NCBI GenBank assembly: GCA_965645245.1
Contig: OZ287075.1
Span: forward strand, 620,001-684,000
DNA: 64,000 bases
Source of the DNA: Massalongia carnosa
Lineage: Eukaryota
Direction of reading: 5' to 3'
Shown: positions 13,758 through 26,713 of the stretch, in pieces
Layout: the number at the start of each line of letters is the position of its first letter
Numbering within the stretch: position 1 is the stretch's first letter
The notes under the pieces: model-generated
The model's database searches: none
Told to the model about the DNA's origin: nothing
Seen by the model: only the letters and a program-made list of their open reading frames with translations
Program-made: the position numbers and the translations under genes

Positions 13758-15209
13758 ATGAATGATAAAGCTGGTCATGAGGTTGTTTATGAGCTTCGAT
13801 GCGCTATAGTTACTTGTAGAATTATTTTCGGTTGCAACTACTTCGAGATAGAGCAGAAGATTGGAGTAGTCAGGGGCACAGCTCAGACGCTCATGAAAAG
13901 AGCTATAAAACGAGCTGGATGTGAGGATTTTTACGAGGTCTTGACCTTTGTTGGCGTTATGGAACGGTCCGGTCGAGTGCCAAGAGTAGCAGATGGTACA
14001 AACCTTTCAGCAAAGATTCGGACAGCGATTCTTCAAAATTCCGATGTTAGACCTCAGCAAGTCGTTCTGAATAAAGAAAACATCAATGTTCCTGGCATGC
14101 CTCGAAATAAACGTCCAGCACGTTCGATTATTGAACGTGTTCAGCATCAGCATGAGCATGTTGTTAACGGAGAGACTGTTGAGGAAATCGTGCGAGTTGT
14201 TCAGCCTACCAAGCCTCTTCTTATCAACAAGAACGAAACTCACAGAAAAAGGCTTTGTAAATGGGCCTCGAATCGAATTGACGATGGTGATATCTTTATA
14301 TATAGTGACGAGGCCTGGCATGGAATTGGGGACTGGCCCTCAGGGAAAAAACGCAAGATTTCTATTGTAAAAGGTGCAGATCCTCATGAGTTTGCGGCTC
14401 CCGAGCCTCCTGTTCAGTTCACAATTATGCAATGAGGATCAGTGACTAGTGAAGGTGTGATAGGGCCTCATTATCTCTGGAAGGCAGAGACTAAAGAGGA
14501 AAAAGACCTGAATGAATTGAAATTGAAAGAAGCAAATGAGCTTTCAGTGAAAAAGGTGGAAGATCAAAGAAAGAATGTCATCATTCCCGGAACATCCGAA
14601 TATTGACTTCATCAAGTAAGAAATTTCCACAAATTGACTGAGAATTGCTAACAAATTCAGGACAAGAATTTCGCAGTTGAGTTACATAATGAAAATTTAC
14701 GAATAGGTGGGATCAAAGGAAACAAAGGTCGACAAATGAAATTTACTCCCGAAAGACTGTTCAAACATGAAGGCCTCGAACGTCGGGGTAAGAAGGGCGG
14801 AATAGACGCATTTCTCTATCGAAACAAGGTCCTTTTGCCTCTGCTATACCCATTCTATGAAGAGGTTCAAAAGGGCCATCCTAACAAAAAGGTATGGTTG
14901 ATTGAAGACAACGCACCATCTCACACGAAGGCCGCTAAGCAATGCAAGGAGGATTGAGAGAAACGAGGCATTTTCAAAGATTTAAACGTTATCGAGGGGT
15001 TGTGGGCCAGTGAAAAAAGACAATTGATGCCCGAATGGTTGAAAATTCGAGGGGCTGGAAAAGACGCTCAGAAGAAGGCACGAGACTTTCTGACAAATGC
15101 ATGGAATTCTTCCGAGTTAAAAGACTCAGCAGAGCATCTTTCTGCTGAATGGAAGATCAAATTGTGGCGCTGCATAGACGCAGAAGGCACGAATAATTTT
15201 AGAGGATAG
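13758..15209 (+). pseudogene. Tc1-like transposase B (different subfamily, more decayed)
   Basis: RSGRVPR, IYSDEAWH, KKGGID, LIEDNAPSH, DLNVIEGLW, EGTNNFRG. TGA stops at ~14433, ~14604 and ~14955, a probable intron ~14616-14660, and the usual WPxxSP segment missing before DLN. Confidence 0.85.
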
Positions 15210-15821
15210 AAACAATTCCTCTTGAACACATGCCTCATTTGTTTCATTCAAACAATTTCATATGAACGATTTTTCCCTCGATTCTTTCCTGACCGTTCTC
15301 CAATCTCTGCTGAAACAAATCCTTATCCTGACTCTTTTTAAGCCAGCCCAAAAACATCGCTTGATCCATCATTGCAATTCCTATCTCGGGGACGCTGTCG
15401 CTTGGACGAAGTGAAAATACGACTCGATCGTCGCATTGAGGACGGCGATGAGAGGTCGGAAAGTTGTTCGGGCACCCTGGTAAGTGAGTATGATATAAGA
15501 AACAGAAGGACTATGATACTGACACACAAAATCAAGTTGTAGTCATGATGATGATTAGTTGACAAAAGAATGCTTCGATTTGATCATTTGGTTGGGAAAT
15601 GCGGGCAATAATAAAGCGATTCTATTGGTTAAACCTCTTTGTAGAACGCTAACCCAAAAAGGAAACGACAGACTTATGGCCACACGAGTAGACCTTTCAG
15701 GGTCTGATATGCATAGGATTTGCCGTTGGTGACCAATGCGATCGTTTAAAAGTCCCTGACATGAAAATAGTAATGTGCCGGGTAATAGGCCGAGGTTGTG
15801 ATAGATTTTGATGGAGTATAA

Positions 15822-17552
15822 TCACCGAACCTTTCTGGTGTCCAAGGCCGCTCCTAATCCGAAGGTCCCGACGCGTGAAAGAGTTGCGATTCGTGGCGGC
15901 TTGGCCCACCGCACAGTACATCGGTCCTGCTCAGAGACATGGAAAAGATTCGCCCCCTGTCGGAAGTACAACCAAAGGCAAGCCACAAGGAGCAATTGGC
16001 CTAGAATTGACGAAAGAGTCAGTGTCACCCAGGTCGTTTTAGCCAGTTTTACAATAGTTGCCGAGGGAGTTAGCACCACATGCGCGTTTCCTCTAAGGGA
16101 GAACCAGGAGCTCCAACAGAAGCAACTGTTGAACCATCCTGACCATAATACAAACGACGTAACAGACTGGGCCACGAATATGATGCTGTCCTTAATAAGA
16201 ACGTATAGCCATTGATGGTATGTACTACTGGTTCGCTACTGGATCGTTCGTGTGATAGAGGAGCTGCAAATCCAACTGGCGCCAAATATGGCTTGTAGCA
16301 TCGAACGACAACCTATTCCCGCAGTCGGCGAGGTGTAAGAAATGAAAAATGCGGAGGTTGTAGCGCAGATAACTGGCAGATGTGCGATGCACCATGTCCA
16401 GGATTGTCGTTTCCCCCAAAAACCTTGACATGGAAGAAAGGTATAATTACCACCAGACCATTTCAATGATTCGTATGCTAGAGACTGGGCATAGTAGTCA
16501 TTGTTCACCACGCGGGAAATGGCAGGTATAGGCTCCATCGAGTCCCCGCTTTCTTTAAACTCTTCCTCAATAACCCTAAATCTCTGATACAGCCGTTCAA
16601 GGACATCCTCACTCGACCTTTTCGTAGCGTAGCCTCCGACTAGGGAGCACAAGAGAATGGTAGGTATTAGCCATGACTGCATCACTGCCATTGCAATACT
16701 GTGGCCAGTCCGATTGTTGTACTGGCCGGCCGCAATGTGAAAAAAAGAAGCCGCTACAGCTACAATATAATTCACCACACCCAACAACGTTTTCGGAAGA
16801 CCAGAATCTCGACAATCGGAAATTTCGTTGGCCGCTTGAAGACAAGCAGTTCGCCTTTGCACTTGTTTTGGATTTGAAGCCTGCCCACTCGTTCCCAGCC
16901 AATGCTTCAAAATGTGGAACATGTCTGGAGCTTGAACCTCATCTTTGGCTTCATCTCCCGCCACTTCCTCATATCCGTTGGCTTTGGGCCTTGCCAATCT
17001 CTGTTGTACTGTTTGTGGCGCGTAAACCGCAAGATCATGCTCCCACTCTTCGTACGCGGCAAGGATCATAGCGACCGCTCTTTGTATCCTAGTAGGTAAG
17101 AACGCCAAATCTCTAGAACACCGTTTGTGATGCTCCTGTAACCGTCTTAATTTAGAAAGTAGGCTCTCAAAGCTCGAAATTGGATCGGCGAGGAGATGGA
17201 TTATGACATGCACTATATTCCAAAACCCAAGCGATGCATAATGCAAAGATCCAATTAAAAGAAATACCGGAATATACCATGTTGCGATGCGCTGTTGTAT
17301 ATCTAAAGTTGGGTAAATGTGCCATGACGGGCCACATTTGTCATTACAAGCAGCGAGAGTAATATCAATGTAGGTTTCACGGATCACTGTACCGTTTTTG
17401 TGATAATGAGGGACAAAACAAGGATCAAATGGATCTTTTTGCTGAATATCGGAAAAATACTGCACAACCTCTGGGCTGTCGATGTCAATAGAGGCTGTCA
17501 AGCTAAAAAAGATAGTTGTGGAAGCAAAAGACAGAAGAGATGGACGATACAT
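15822..17552 (-). pseudogene. Uncharacterised signal-peptide/multi-TM protein gene with one in-frame TAG
   Basis: The 438-aa ORF ends at TAG 16236-38, but the same frame continues (RTSSTYHQWLYVLIKDSII...GWFNSCFCWS) to 15822. Confidence 0.65.
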
Positions 17553-17802
17553 GATTAATTCCGTCGCGGCTGACTTGGAACGAGGAAATTGGAGAAAATT
17601 CTCAATGAGCTATGCGATCAACAATTCAGTGAGTACTTCTACTTCACCGGGCGCCTAGGTAGAACTTTGCGTCATTGACATGGGGTGATAGTTAACATGG
17701 CTTCACGCCACTATCACTTGGGCGGCTAAGTTAATACTTGAAAAGCCATTGCGACCGTCGTGCGAGAAAGCATAGAGTAACAGAGTATTTAAGAAAGGAC
17801 TA

Positions 17803-19690
17803 TTCGTGCCCCACACTTTCGCTCGGTCGACTCGCTTAGTGCTAGCCAGCCATACAGCCAGGACCAGCCATACAGCCAAAAATCAACTATCCTACATACA
17901 TCGAGGTTTTTTTCAGCAATTCCTTCATGATCATCATCCATCTTTTGTGACTATTCATGCTTCTAGTCATAAGCATCTTTCTATGCGCTTTTGACTGCCT
18001 AACCACTTTGGTAAGAGCCGTACAATAACGCTTTTCCCATGCGACGTTTCGCTCTTTCTCCCTTATCTCCTCCTGCTCCTCCCTACCACGAACCATTGAA
18101 CGGGCCTCACCAACAGTAAGTACGCCTCCGTGATGAAGAATCTTATTGGCCTCTCGTTTACGAGCTTTCCGAGCAGTTTGGGCCTTGATTTGTTGTTCCC
18201 AGCGTTGTTCCAGAAGATCGCCTTTTCGAACCTCGGCAACAGCTCCCTTTACAAATTTGCTAACAATTTGTACGAGGTCATCCGAGCAAGCTGAATGCGT
18301 CATGATTTCTGTGGCTACTGTGGCCAACTGTCGCACGGTTCGAGGGGTTTCTTGTACAGATAGGGGGGCTGTATGAGACGGAGTTGACTCACGAGGAGGG
18401 GGAGGAAGAAGTTCTCGAACTTTGTCGAGAACAATGCCTGGATTGAACGGAATCAAGCCTGTTTTTCTCCAAGCAGACTGTATGGTGGAAGGTTTAAAAG
18501 CCAGCGATCGAAACTTGCTAAATGCATTCAGAAATTCGACTTTGGAAAAGGTTTGATCTCCATTCTGAATTGCTTCATTGACGGCCTCCGAATGCCAGTG
18601 TTTCAGAGGTTGAAAAACACACACATCCAATGGTTGTAAGAGATGTGTGGTGTGAGATGGTAATCCGAATGGAATGATGTTTTTCGTTTCACAATATTCT
18701 AGAAATTCTCGAGTATGATGAGATCCATAACCGTCCATTATCAAAAGTCTCCAAGCCCCCTCTCTTATTTTTTCAGTGTGTTTGTCGAAATGCTTGATCC
18801 ATTGCAAACTCAACCAGTCATTTGTACAGCCTGATTCAGCTGTAGAAATGACTACATCATTGCTCAGATCGTTTTTGACCCAGGGAGCGAGGATGTTGAT
18901 GCCAGACACAATTAAAAAAGGGGGAATGTCCTGACCAGCCCCGTTGATACACTCCACCGCTGTCAGCGATTCTCGATTTGATGGATCGGAACTGTATGAT
19001 TGTCGAGAAGAATCTGCTGTGATTATCCAATCACTTCGTGCCATACCAATACGAAACCCAGTTTCATCAAAATTCCACTGATCCTTCGGATTTATTCCAT
19101 ACTTGTTCACTACTTCTTGATATTTTTCAAAATGCCCCATCAATAACTCCAAATCATGCGCATTTTTGCGCTCAGCAGCTAGAGGCTTACGTTTAACCTT
19201 GTAAAGATCTGACTGACGTTTTAGCCATCTTTTGATCCAATGCGAGCCGAGAGGAGGAGGAGGCGTCGAATCGGAAGCCGTTTGACGAAGAATGGAGTAT
19301 GCAGCCACTTCCACCATATGCAGACGAGCCGGAATGTCCAAAGAATCCAGTTTCAAAAGATATAGACGTAGGGCCAACTCCTGATCGGGTTTTAGACGTC
19401 TATTATGCAGTCCTCGTACTTTCGTTTTAGATGACACCCCTTTGACCCGAGAACGAAGTCTTCCTCTAGGTACATTAAATTCTCGCGCAATTGCACTGAG
19501 TTTGGCGTTTTTGCGTGAGTTTAAGGCGTCAATGGCCTTTGCAATACGATTTTCAATTATAGTATAAGATTCAGGCATGATGGTGGTGGATAATGAATTT
19601 TTCAAAGGTGGTGGGTAGAAATTTGAAGATTTTGGCTGTATGGCTGGCTAGCACTAAGCGAGTCGACCGAGCGAAAGTGTGGGGCACGAA
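17803..19690 (-). mobile_element. Fot1/pogo DNA transposon, apparently intact
   Basis: Perfect 58-bp TIRs (TTCGTGCCCCACACTTTCGCTCGGTCGACTCGCTTAGTGCTAGCCAGCCATACAGCCA) with TA on both sides (17801-02, 19691-92). Confidence 0.97.
17887..19578 (-). CDS. Pogo/Fot1 transposase (DD35D)
   Basis: Uninterrupted ORF with N-terminal HTH (AIAREFNVPRGRL), NFDETGF and LIMDGYGSH...HLLQPLDV (35 residues D to D). Confidence 0.95.
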   Translation of the reverse strand: MPESYTIIENRIAKAIDALNSRKNAKLSAIAREFNVPRGRLRSRVKGVSSKTKVRGLHNRRLKPDQELALRLYLLKLDSLDIPARLHMVEVAAYSILRQTASDSTPPPPLGSHWIKRWLKRQSDLYKVKRKPLAAERKNAHDLELLMGHFEKYQEVVNKYGINPKDQWNFDETGFRIGMARSDWIITADSSRQSYSSDPSNRESLTAVECINGAGQDIPPFLIVSGINILAPWVKNDLSNDVVISTAESGCTNDWLSLQWIKHFDKHTEKIREGAWRLLIMDGYGSHHTREFLEYCETKNIIPFGLPSHTTHLLQPLDVCVFQPLKHWHSEAVNEAIQNGDQTFSKVEFLNAFSKFRSLAFKPSTIQSAWRKTGLIPFNPGIVLDKVRELLPPPPRESTPSHTAPLSVQETPRTVRQLATVATEIMTHSACSDDLVQIVSKFVKGAVAEVRKGDLLEQRWEQQIKAQTARKARKREANKILHHGGVLTVGEARSMVRGREEQEEIREKERNVAWEKRYCTALTKVVRQSKAHRKMLMTRSMNSHKRWMMIMKELLKKTSMYVG

Positions 19691-19819
19691 TACCTTAACT
19701 ATGTGCCTGTCTCCGGAGTAACTAATGAAGATGTTTTGTCATAAGATCACGTGATTATCTAGTGTAGAAGCTCTCAAATCATTTCCTCTTCAAGACAAGA
19801 ACTTCCTATCGAAACCACA

Positions 19820-20420
19820 ATGAAATCACACTTCTATCGATTTCTCGGAATACCTTCAAGTCTTTCATCCCGACTTCCTCTTCACCAAAACCCTTTTTTG
19901 CCCCACTTAACCCTCCGAGGCCAAACCTCTCCCTTCTCCACAACTCCCCATCCCCTCACTGTCAAAGGTCCAAAAACCGACAAACGAATAAGTCTGGCTC
20001 AGTATCTCGTCTGTCAAAGCTTTTTATTTTGCTAATCTAGGTTTAGCTTTAATCCGCTACTGCCTGAACCATCCCCTAACTCCCCGCCCGTTACGGTTCT
20101 CCCGTCTCCGCGCCCTCAGACATTGGACTATCCACCGCGCGGCGCAGTTACACTACCATGCGCAGCGGCGGGCACAGGAGACGGAGCTGGAGCGTCAATA
20201 TAACGCAATGCGGGCTGCGGTGGAAGAACTGCGGGTCGGGGTTGGCGATGGGGGGAAGTTGTATCGGCAGGCTGTGCAGAAGCAGGGGATTTTTGGCGGG
20301 CTAAAGGTCGGGCAGATGGGAGGGTTGCTAGGGAATGGAGGGGTGCCGTTGGAGTACGCGAGGGCGCAGGTGGATGGGCCAAGTAAAGAGGGGTGGGATC
20401 ATGGTTGGGTAAAGGGTTAG
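19820..20420 (+). CDS. MRPL28: Mitochondrial large-subunit ribosomal protein mL40
   Basis: Presequence-like N-terminus; intron 19992-20046 gives DKRITLIRY..HPLTPRPLRFSRLRALRHWTIHRA...ELERQYNAMRAAVEELR...GVPLEYAR..GWDHGW. Confidence 0.85.
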
Positions 20421-20884
20421 GGGGTTGGAGAGAACGGAGATGCGGCGAGGTTCCATGGTATTAGTTTGGAGCAAATCCTTCTGGTTGGAGGTTCTGGGCA
20501 TAGTGAGAGAATTACCAGATCGGGCTTGTTTAATATCATTGTTAAAATGAAGAATAGTACTTGTGTCTATGCATAGGGTATCTCTGATGCAGAAGACGCC
20601 CCGTCAAAACATTCACCAAGTGTAGCACAAAAGAGCGTGAAACTATACAACAAAGACCGACAAAGGTGTGAAAAAGATCTGATCTTTCAAGAAACAGCAC
20701 AGTATTTCCCCTTGGAGCTTTGTAGCAAGTTCTCTTCTTAGGCCGGCAGCAAGCGCACCTCGGCTTACCCCAGCTGTAGAAAACGCTGCAATGCTGAAAT
20801 TACAAAACGAGAGACTCCAAGGGATATCAAAGTCAATTCCCCTCCATCAAGACTCCATGGTTCGCCTTCAGTTCATTAATTGCT

Positions 20885-21914
20885 TCATAGGATAACACAA
20901 CAACCATTACTTTCGCCTTTTTCGAATGTGAGCAGAGCAGCCCTTGTCGCCGCCTCGAACACATCGTCGACCCCTTCTCCTGTAAGCGAGGAGCATTCCA
21001 GATAGCGCCGAGCCCCCATTTCTTTCGACGCTTGATGGCCTTGGTTTTCTGTGGTAAAGTGAAGAGATTTCTTGCGCATTTCTTCTTGAGCCAACGGATC
21101 CTCGCGAAGATCTTTCTTCAAACCGACGATTATAACAGGAACACCCGGGCAACGTTCATTGGCTTCTTCAATCCACTGTGATAAAATCAAACAAGGATCG
21201 CTAAAAATATTCCCCTTTCTACATACCTTATGCTTAATGTTGTCTAGTGAATCAGGTGTGTCCACAGAAAAGCCAATCAGAATGACATGGGCTTTGGCAT
21301 ATGCTAAAGGTCGTAGCCGTTCATAATCCTCTTGACCAGCCGTATCCCAGAGAGCTAATTGAACTGATCTGCCATCCACCCTACAATCTGTAACGTAATT
21401 TTCAAACACTGTTGGTACCTGAAGATGGTAAGTCTTAAAGGGTGATAAAGACATCTTTAAAGGTGAACCAGACATAACAACTTACATAATGCTAGATGAT
21501 GTCAGTATAGTATATTTTCAATATCTGGCAAACAAACTTCATACCGTAGGGAAATATCCCAGAGTGAAGACACTTAGCAAGCTTGTCTTCCCGCAGGCAC
21601 CATCGCCAATAATTACAAGTTTTCTAAAACAACATTATAGAAATTAGCTACCATTCTTGAACTGTTTTTCTAAGAGAGATGATATCAGACTGTTATAAAT
21701 GAAATGAGACAGTCGGTACAAAGCGCTGCGCTTAATTGAGAGCAGCAGGCACAGAAATCACACATGCAGAGAAAAAAATGCAGGAGAAAAAAAAACCGTG
21801 GATTGGATCACTATTGATGAGATATCTTTTGACTGGTCCAGGACTTGAACAGCAGATTCCGGCCGCCTTCATCACGTACCTTCGCATCACATTTTGCCCC
21901 TGTTGCTGTGCCAT
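20885..21914 (-). CDS. RHO2: Rho-family GTPase Rho2
   Basis: [59 protein letters not shown]-terminal CCVIL CAAX box. Confidence 0.95.
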
Positions 21915-22682
21915 TTTATCCACAGTAAGCTCACGGCCCCAAAAAGTATTTCTCACTACAAAGTGAATGCCGCGTGCTGACTAGATTCCCGATAGTAGAT
22001 GGAAAAACGGAACAAGTAAACCCCGTGAGGCGTTTATGGTTTATAGTAGCGGCGTGTCCCAACAGCAAGAGTGATCTTCAGGATGTCGTGTCAAGCTTTG
22101 GGCAATCGTTGGCATGAGTTTTCCCTCGTTAATAACCAGGGATGCAAGAAAACAATTGGTAAGCGATTTGCCCGAAGCTGATGAGGTGCTTATTAGTCCA
22201 AATGTGTCTGCGGAAGATGGGAAAAATCCCAATACAATGGTTCAGGAAATACAGGGTAAGATAGATAATCTTGACAGTGCTTGGAGTGAGAAAGAAACGG
22301 AGTAAGCTCGGTGGTTCGGTGGCTTCGGTGGGCTGTTCGTACCTGACGTAGTTATGGACAGGACCACTAGCGATAACCTTCAATGTTGATGTACCTCATC
22401 CAACAACCCACCAGCAGAATCACCCCTCCTACACAATTCCCAACCTTATCAACGGCCAGCAAAACGGCACACGCAAGTTTCTCTGGTTTGAGGTCACACT
22501 CTAGCTTGCTCTTCTTCTAACGTGGAAATTCCGCATCGCAGCAAGGAAAATCAGCGGCTTGCCAAGCCTATCATATTCCAACGGCTACTTCCTCCGCTCT
22601 GACATTCCCCAACTCCTAGCAAATGCTCCTCTCTGGAAAGCCGGGTTAGTCGTTGTATTAAAGGGGAAGGGTTTCGGGTGGG

Positions 22683-25600
22683 ATGCCTTCCAACACAAAT
22701 TCTCAAATCTCGGGACCGAAAAAGCCGTCAAAGCATGCTACATCAAATACGACAGCCAAAACCGGAGTTGCCAAAGGAATAAAACCTGCTGAGGCTCAAG
22801 CAAATCCTGCGCAAAATGTATCATCGCTCAAGGAACTTTCGGTTCAGAATACGGTAACAGCCGTTCAGGAATTTATTGATGCTACCAACCAGCTACGAGC
22901 TTTCAATCCGGAACTCTCCATGAATAATGTCTCTGTTGGTGTCAATAAGAAAAAGCAGAAAAGGCGACAGAAGCAAGCTGCACGCCTGGCTGCAGAAAAG
23001 CCTCAATCACAATCAAGTCCGTCTCAAGGATTTGCCTGTAGCAATGACATCGGATACCATGACATACCGTGTGAAGTTGGTCAAGCACACTCTCGAGCAA
23101 AAGCAAACGGGTTTGATTATGGAGCATCGGATTATGGTGATGCGGAACAAAACGAGCCTGTAGATGAAGAGGATCTTTATTATACTGATGATGAAGGTCG
23201 ACTCTATCACAACAAAGATACATTCAATCCGCCACGAACGAACGGACATGATCATATTCCTTCAGACCCTGGCAGTAAACCGAAGAAAAAGAAGAAAAAT
23301 AAGCCTCCATCCCTATCTCAGCGTGGATATCCTTCCAATCATAACCCCGCCAATACTGCCCCGCTCCCAAATCATACCGCACAGCATCCGCCGCCACCGC
23401 CGCCGCCGCCTCCACCCCCACTCTCAATAGCCGCGCTTCGCTCAGCGCATCATATCTCAAAAGATCGTATTTGGAATACGTCAACCGCAGAGGAGCGCGA
23501 GAGAATTAAGGAATTCTGGTTGTCTCTGGGCGAAGAGGACAGACGGTCTTTGGTCAAGGTTGAAAAGGAGGCTGTGCTGAAGAAGATGAAGGAGCAGCAA
23601 AAGCATTCTTGTAGCTGTACGGTTTGCGGTCGAAAGCGTACGGCTATAGAGGAGGAGCTGGAAGGGCTATATGACGCGTACTATGAAGAGCTGGAACAGT
23701 ATGCAAACCATCAACATATCAACCTTGACGATGGAACACCAATGATACCACATCCTCGAATGTACGCTCATCCAATGGCTCGTATGCCTCCTAGTCGGAA
23801 CCCGCAAGTATCAAACAGTCAACGCTTGCCCACCGGCCGTGTTCAGGAGGTTGAAGATGATGGGGAAGGCGAGGATGAGGAGTACAGCGACGAGGATGAA
23901 GATGATGATCTGAGCGAAGAAGAGCCTGAGGAATTACCACCCGGACCCGCAGCAGACTTCTTCAACTTCGGGAACAGCTTGACTGTGCAAGGTACGCTAC
24001 TGTTGTATAATCGATACGTTTAGTGCTGATTCTCGTTAGGTGGAATTCTAACCGTTGCAGATGATCTACTCAAGAATGATGGCAAAAAGTTCATTGAAAT
24101 GATGGAACAGCTTGCCGAACGCCGGATGCAACGGGAAGAAGAAGCGCAACATGCTGCAGCAGGAATTGGTCATGGTTCTACGCAACCTCATAATCAGGGC
24201 GCGCCAGCAGAAGAGGATGAGTATGATGACGATGAGGACAATGAAGAGTACGATAGTCAAGAGGATGAGGAGTACGACGACGACGAAATGGTGATTGGTT
24301 CTCTATCTTCGGAGAAGAACTAAGGTACTGATATTCGACAGGAAACTCTGACCGAAGAACAACGGATGGAAGAAGGTCGTCGAATGTTCCAAATATTTGC
24401 AGCTCGAATGTTTGAACAAAGGGTCTTGACAGCTTACCGCGAAAAAGTGGCCAACGAGCGTCAACAAAAGCTCCTTGAGGAGTTGGAAGAAGAATCGCGT
24501 CTTGACACTCAACGTGAAGCCAAGAAAGCAAAAGAGGCCCAGAAGAAAAAGGACAAGAAACGACTACAAAAACAGGCCAAAGATGAGGAAAAGGCTAAAC
24601 GAGAAGCGGAAAAGGCTGCCGAAGAGGCGGAAGCGAAGGCGCTCGAAGAGAAAAAAGCAGAGGAGCAGCGCCAGAAGCGGGAGGAGCAACGGAAAAGAAA
24701 GGAGGCAGAGAAGAAGGCTCAAGATGAAGAAAGGCAACGAAAGGAAGTGGAGAAGCAGAAGCGGGCACAAGAGGCTCGTGAGCAACAGGCGGAGCTAGAG
24801 CGGAAGCAGAGAGAACAGAAGGAGCGAGACAAAAAGAAGCGTGACGAGCTAAAGAAGAAAGAACGAGAGGAACGAGAAGCGAAGGAAAGAGAGGCGAAAG
24901 AGAGAAAGGAGCGTGATGCGGCAGAGAAAAAGGGGCGAGAAGCCAAGGCGAAGGCCGCACAAGAAGGAAAAGAGCGGAATAGGAAAGAGGAACAAACGGT
25001 CAAGAGAACCCTCCATCTTGCCCCAACGTCTCCTGCCAAGCATCATGTCCCGTTATCCGCCATCCCTGTCTCATCAGCATTTTACCCGCCTCAGACAGCA
25101 AGCAACCAGGCTTCCCCTCGTCTCCAGATTGCAACGCCGGCTGTACCTAAATCGTCAACACCTATACGCCCCCGCCAAACATCATTTCAAAGCTCACACA
25201 ACTCCTCACCCAAGACGTCGCAAGCTCCTTCGGGGAGTTCAACTACCCCTCCTGCTTTGCCATTACCGCAGAGCGGGATCATACCTATCCCGGGAAAACT
25301 TACTGTTCAAACGCCTATCTTACAACCCGTGGTAACCCCTACGTTTCCACCTATCAATGGTCTACCCACAGCTATTTCTCAGCCTCCGGGCTTCTCTGGG
25401 ATGCTAGCTATGGGAGGCAACAACTTTCCCCTTAGCCAAGGTCCAATGTTGCCACCCATCATGCAACGGGCGCAAATGCATGAGCCAATGATGCATCAAC
25501 CACATCAACAACATCCACATCAGTCGCAGTTTAATCCCAATCAATACAGGAATTTCATGCCTGCAAATAGTTTGTCATTCCCACCAGGAATGAATGGAAT

Positions 25601-26713
25601 GAGACCTTTGGTACGCGCAATGGACCCGCCGCCATCACATGCTTCGACGATTCCCGTATCGTCAGCAAACGTGGGGCAGTATATGTCACGAGACACGATG
25701 CCTAGACATTCCCACTCTCATTCTAGAAACACCTCTGCATCCGCTTCATTTTCCACGTTTGATATTCCAAGTACACCCACACAAACGCAACCTATTGCTC
25801 GCCCCACCCCGATACACCGACCCTCAAGCGTAGCCCCAAACCAACAGTCCGAAAACCCTCCAACTGCGGCCAATTCTGAAATGGAAGATCTCTCCAATCA
25901 TCTCGGTAGCAGTGCTTTGCTCGACGACTCCGACATACCATTAGCTTCCAATCCCCACGAAACTCGTCATGCAAGCATGGCTCCTGGCGTTCCATTGTCC
26001 GGAAGACATGGTTTCAATGCGTCTCCGATGTTTCCTGAAGCCGCCAATCGTAATGTCTTCCTTCCATCGTCATGCAACCAGGCTGACTTGCTTGATCAGA
26101 AACCAAGATCGAGCCATTTCCTCGGGTCCTGCAAGGCAGCAACGGAAACACCTGGAGTGCGCAACCAATGCCATTTGGACCAGGAATGTCATCCCCGCCC
26201 AAATGGCCAGCTTTGCCTGGTGAGAAAACTTTTAATCTTGACTTAATTTGCATGCTAATCGGGTTTCTAGCAAATGGATGGAATGCTACCAATCATTTTG
26301 GCATTATAGGAGGATCACATCGTCCGGCTCCTCGAGCTGTGACATTGCGTCTATTGATATGCCGAGCCTGGAACAAACTGCAGAATACCCCGCCCGTGGG
26401 TGGTGATAGAGGCTTCCACAGCGTCGATGCTGTGCTCCGCGAAGTCGAATTGATGAAACCGGCCAACGAAGGTCATGTCTCGTTGAAAGAGCTGCTAGAA
26501 ATTTGCGAGACTGAAGGAAATGCACAAAACGGCGGTGGGGCTTTCAAAGTTGAGGCCCACGAACCGAAAGGGCTGATGGTAAAATATGATCTCGTAAAGT
26601 TTGATGGACGAAAAATGTCGGTGGGTACGAAAGGCACCCCTAGGGAAATTGGAAGCCCCGTGCAGCCTGCAAGCCTGCCAGGACTGACAGCGGCGATGGC
26701 GAGGTACTCTTAA
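22683..26713 (+). CDS. NST1: Stress response protein Nst1
   Basis: [21 protein letters not shown]...[69 protein letters not shown] and a long coiled coil. Introns at ~23992-24039, ~24291-24341, ~26050-26099 and ~26220-26270. Confidence 0.92.

Larger units (their letters stand above)
12284..15688. mobile_element. Tc1/mariner-type composite unit with two divergent transposase pseudogenes
   Basis: Near-perfect ~42-bp TIRs: CTCGTGTGGCCCAGAAGTCTGTCGTTTCCTTTTTGGGTTAGCG at 12284 and its near reverse complement ending at 15688. Each is flanked by TA (12282-83, 15689-90). Confidence 0.85.

Noticed and set aside
24475..25046. Several overlapping or antisense ORFs within NST1
   Set aside because: Shadow frames of the E/K/R-rich coiled-coil exon.
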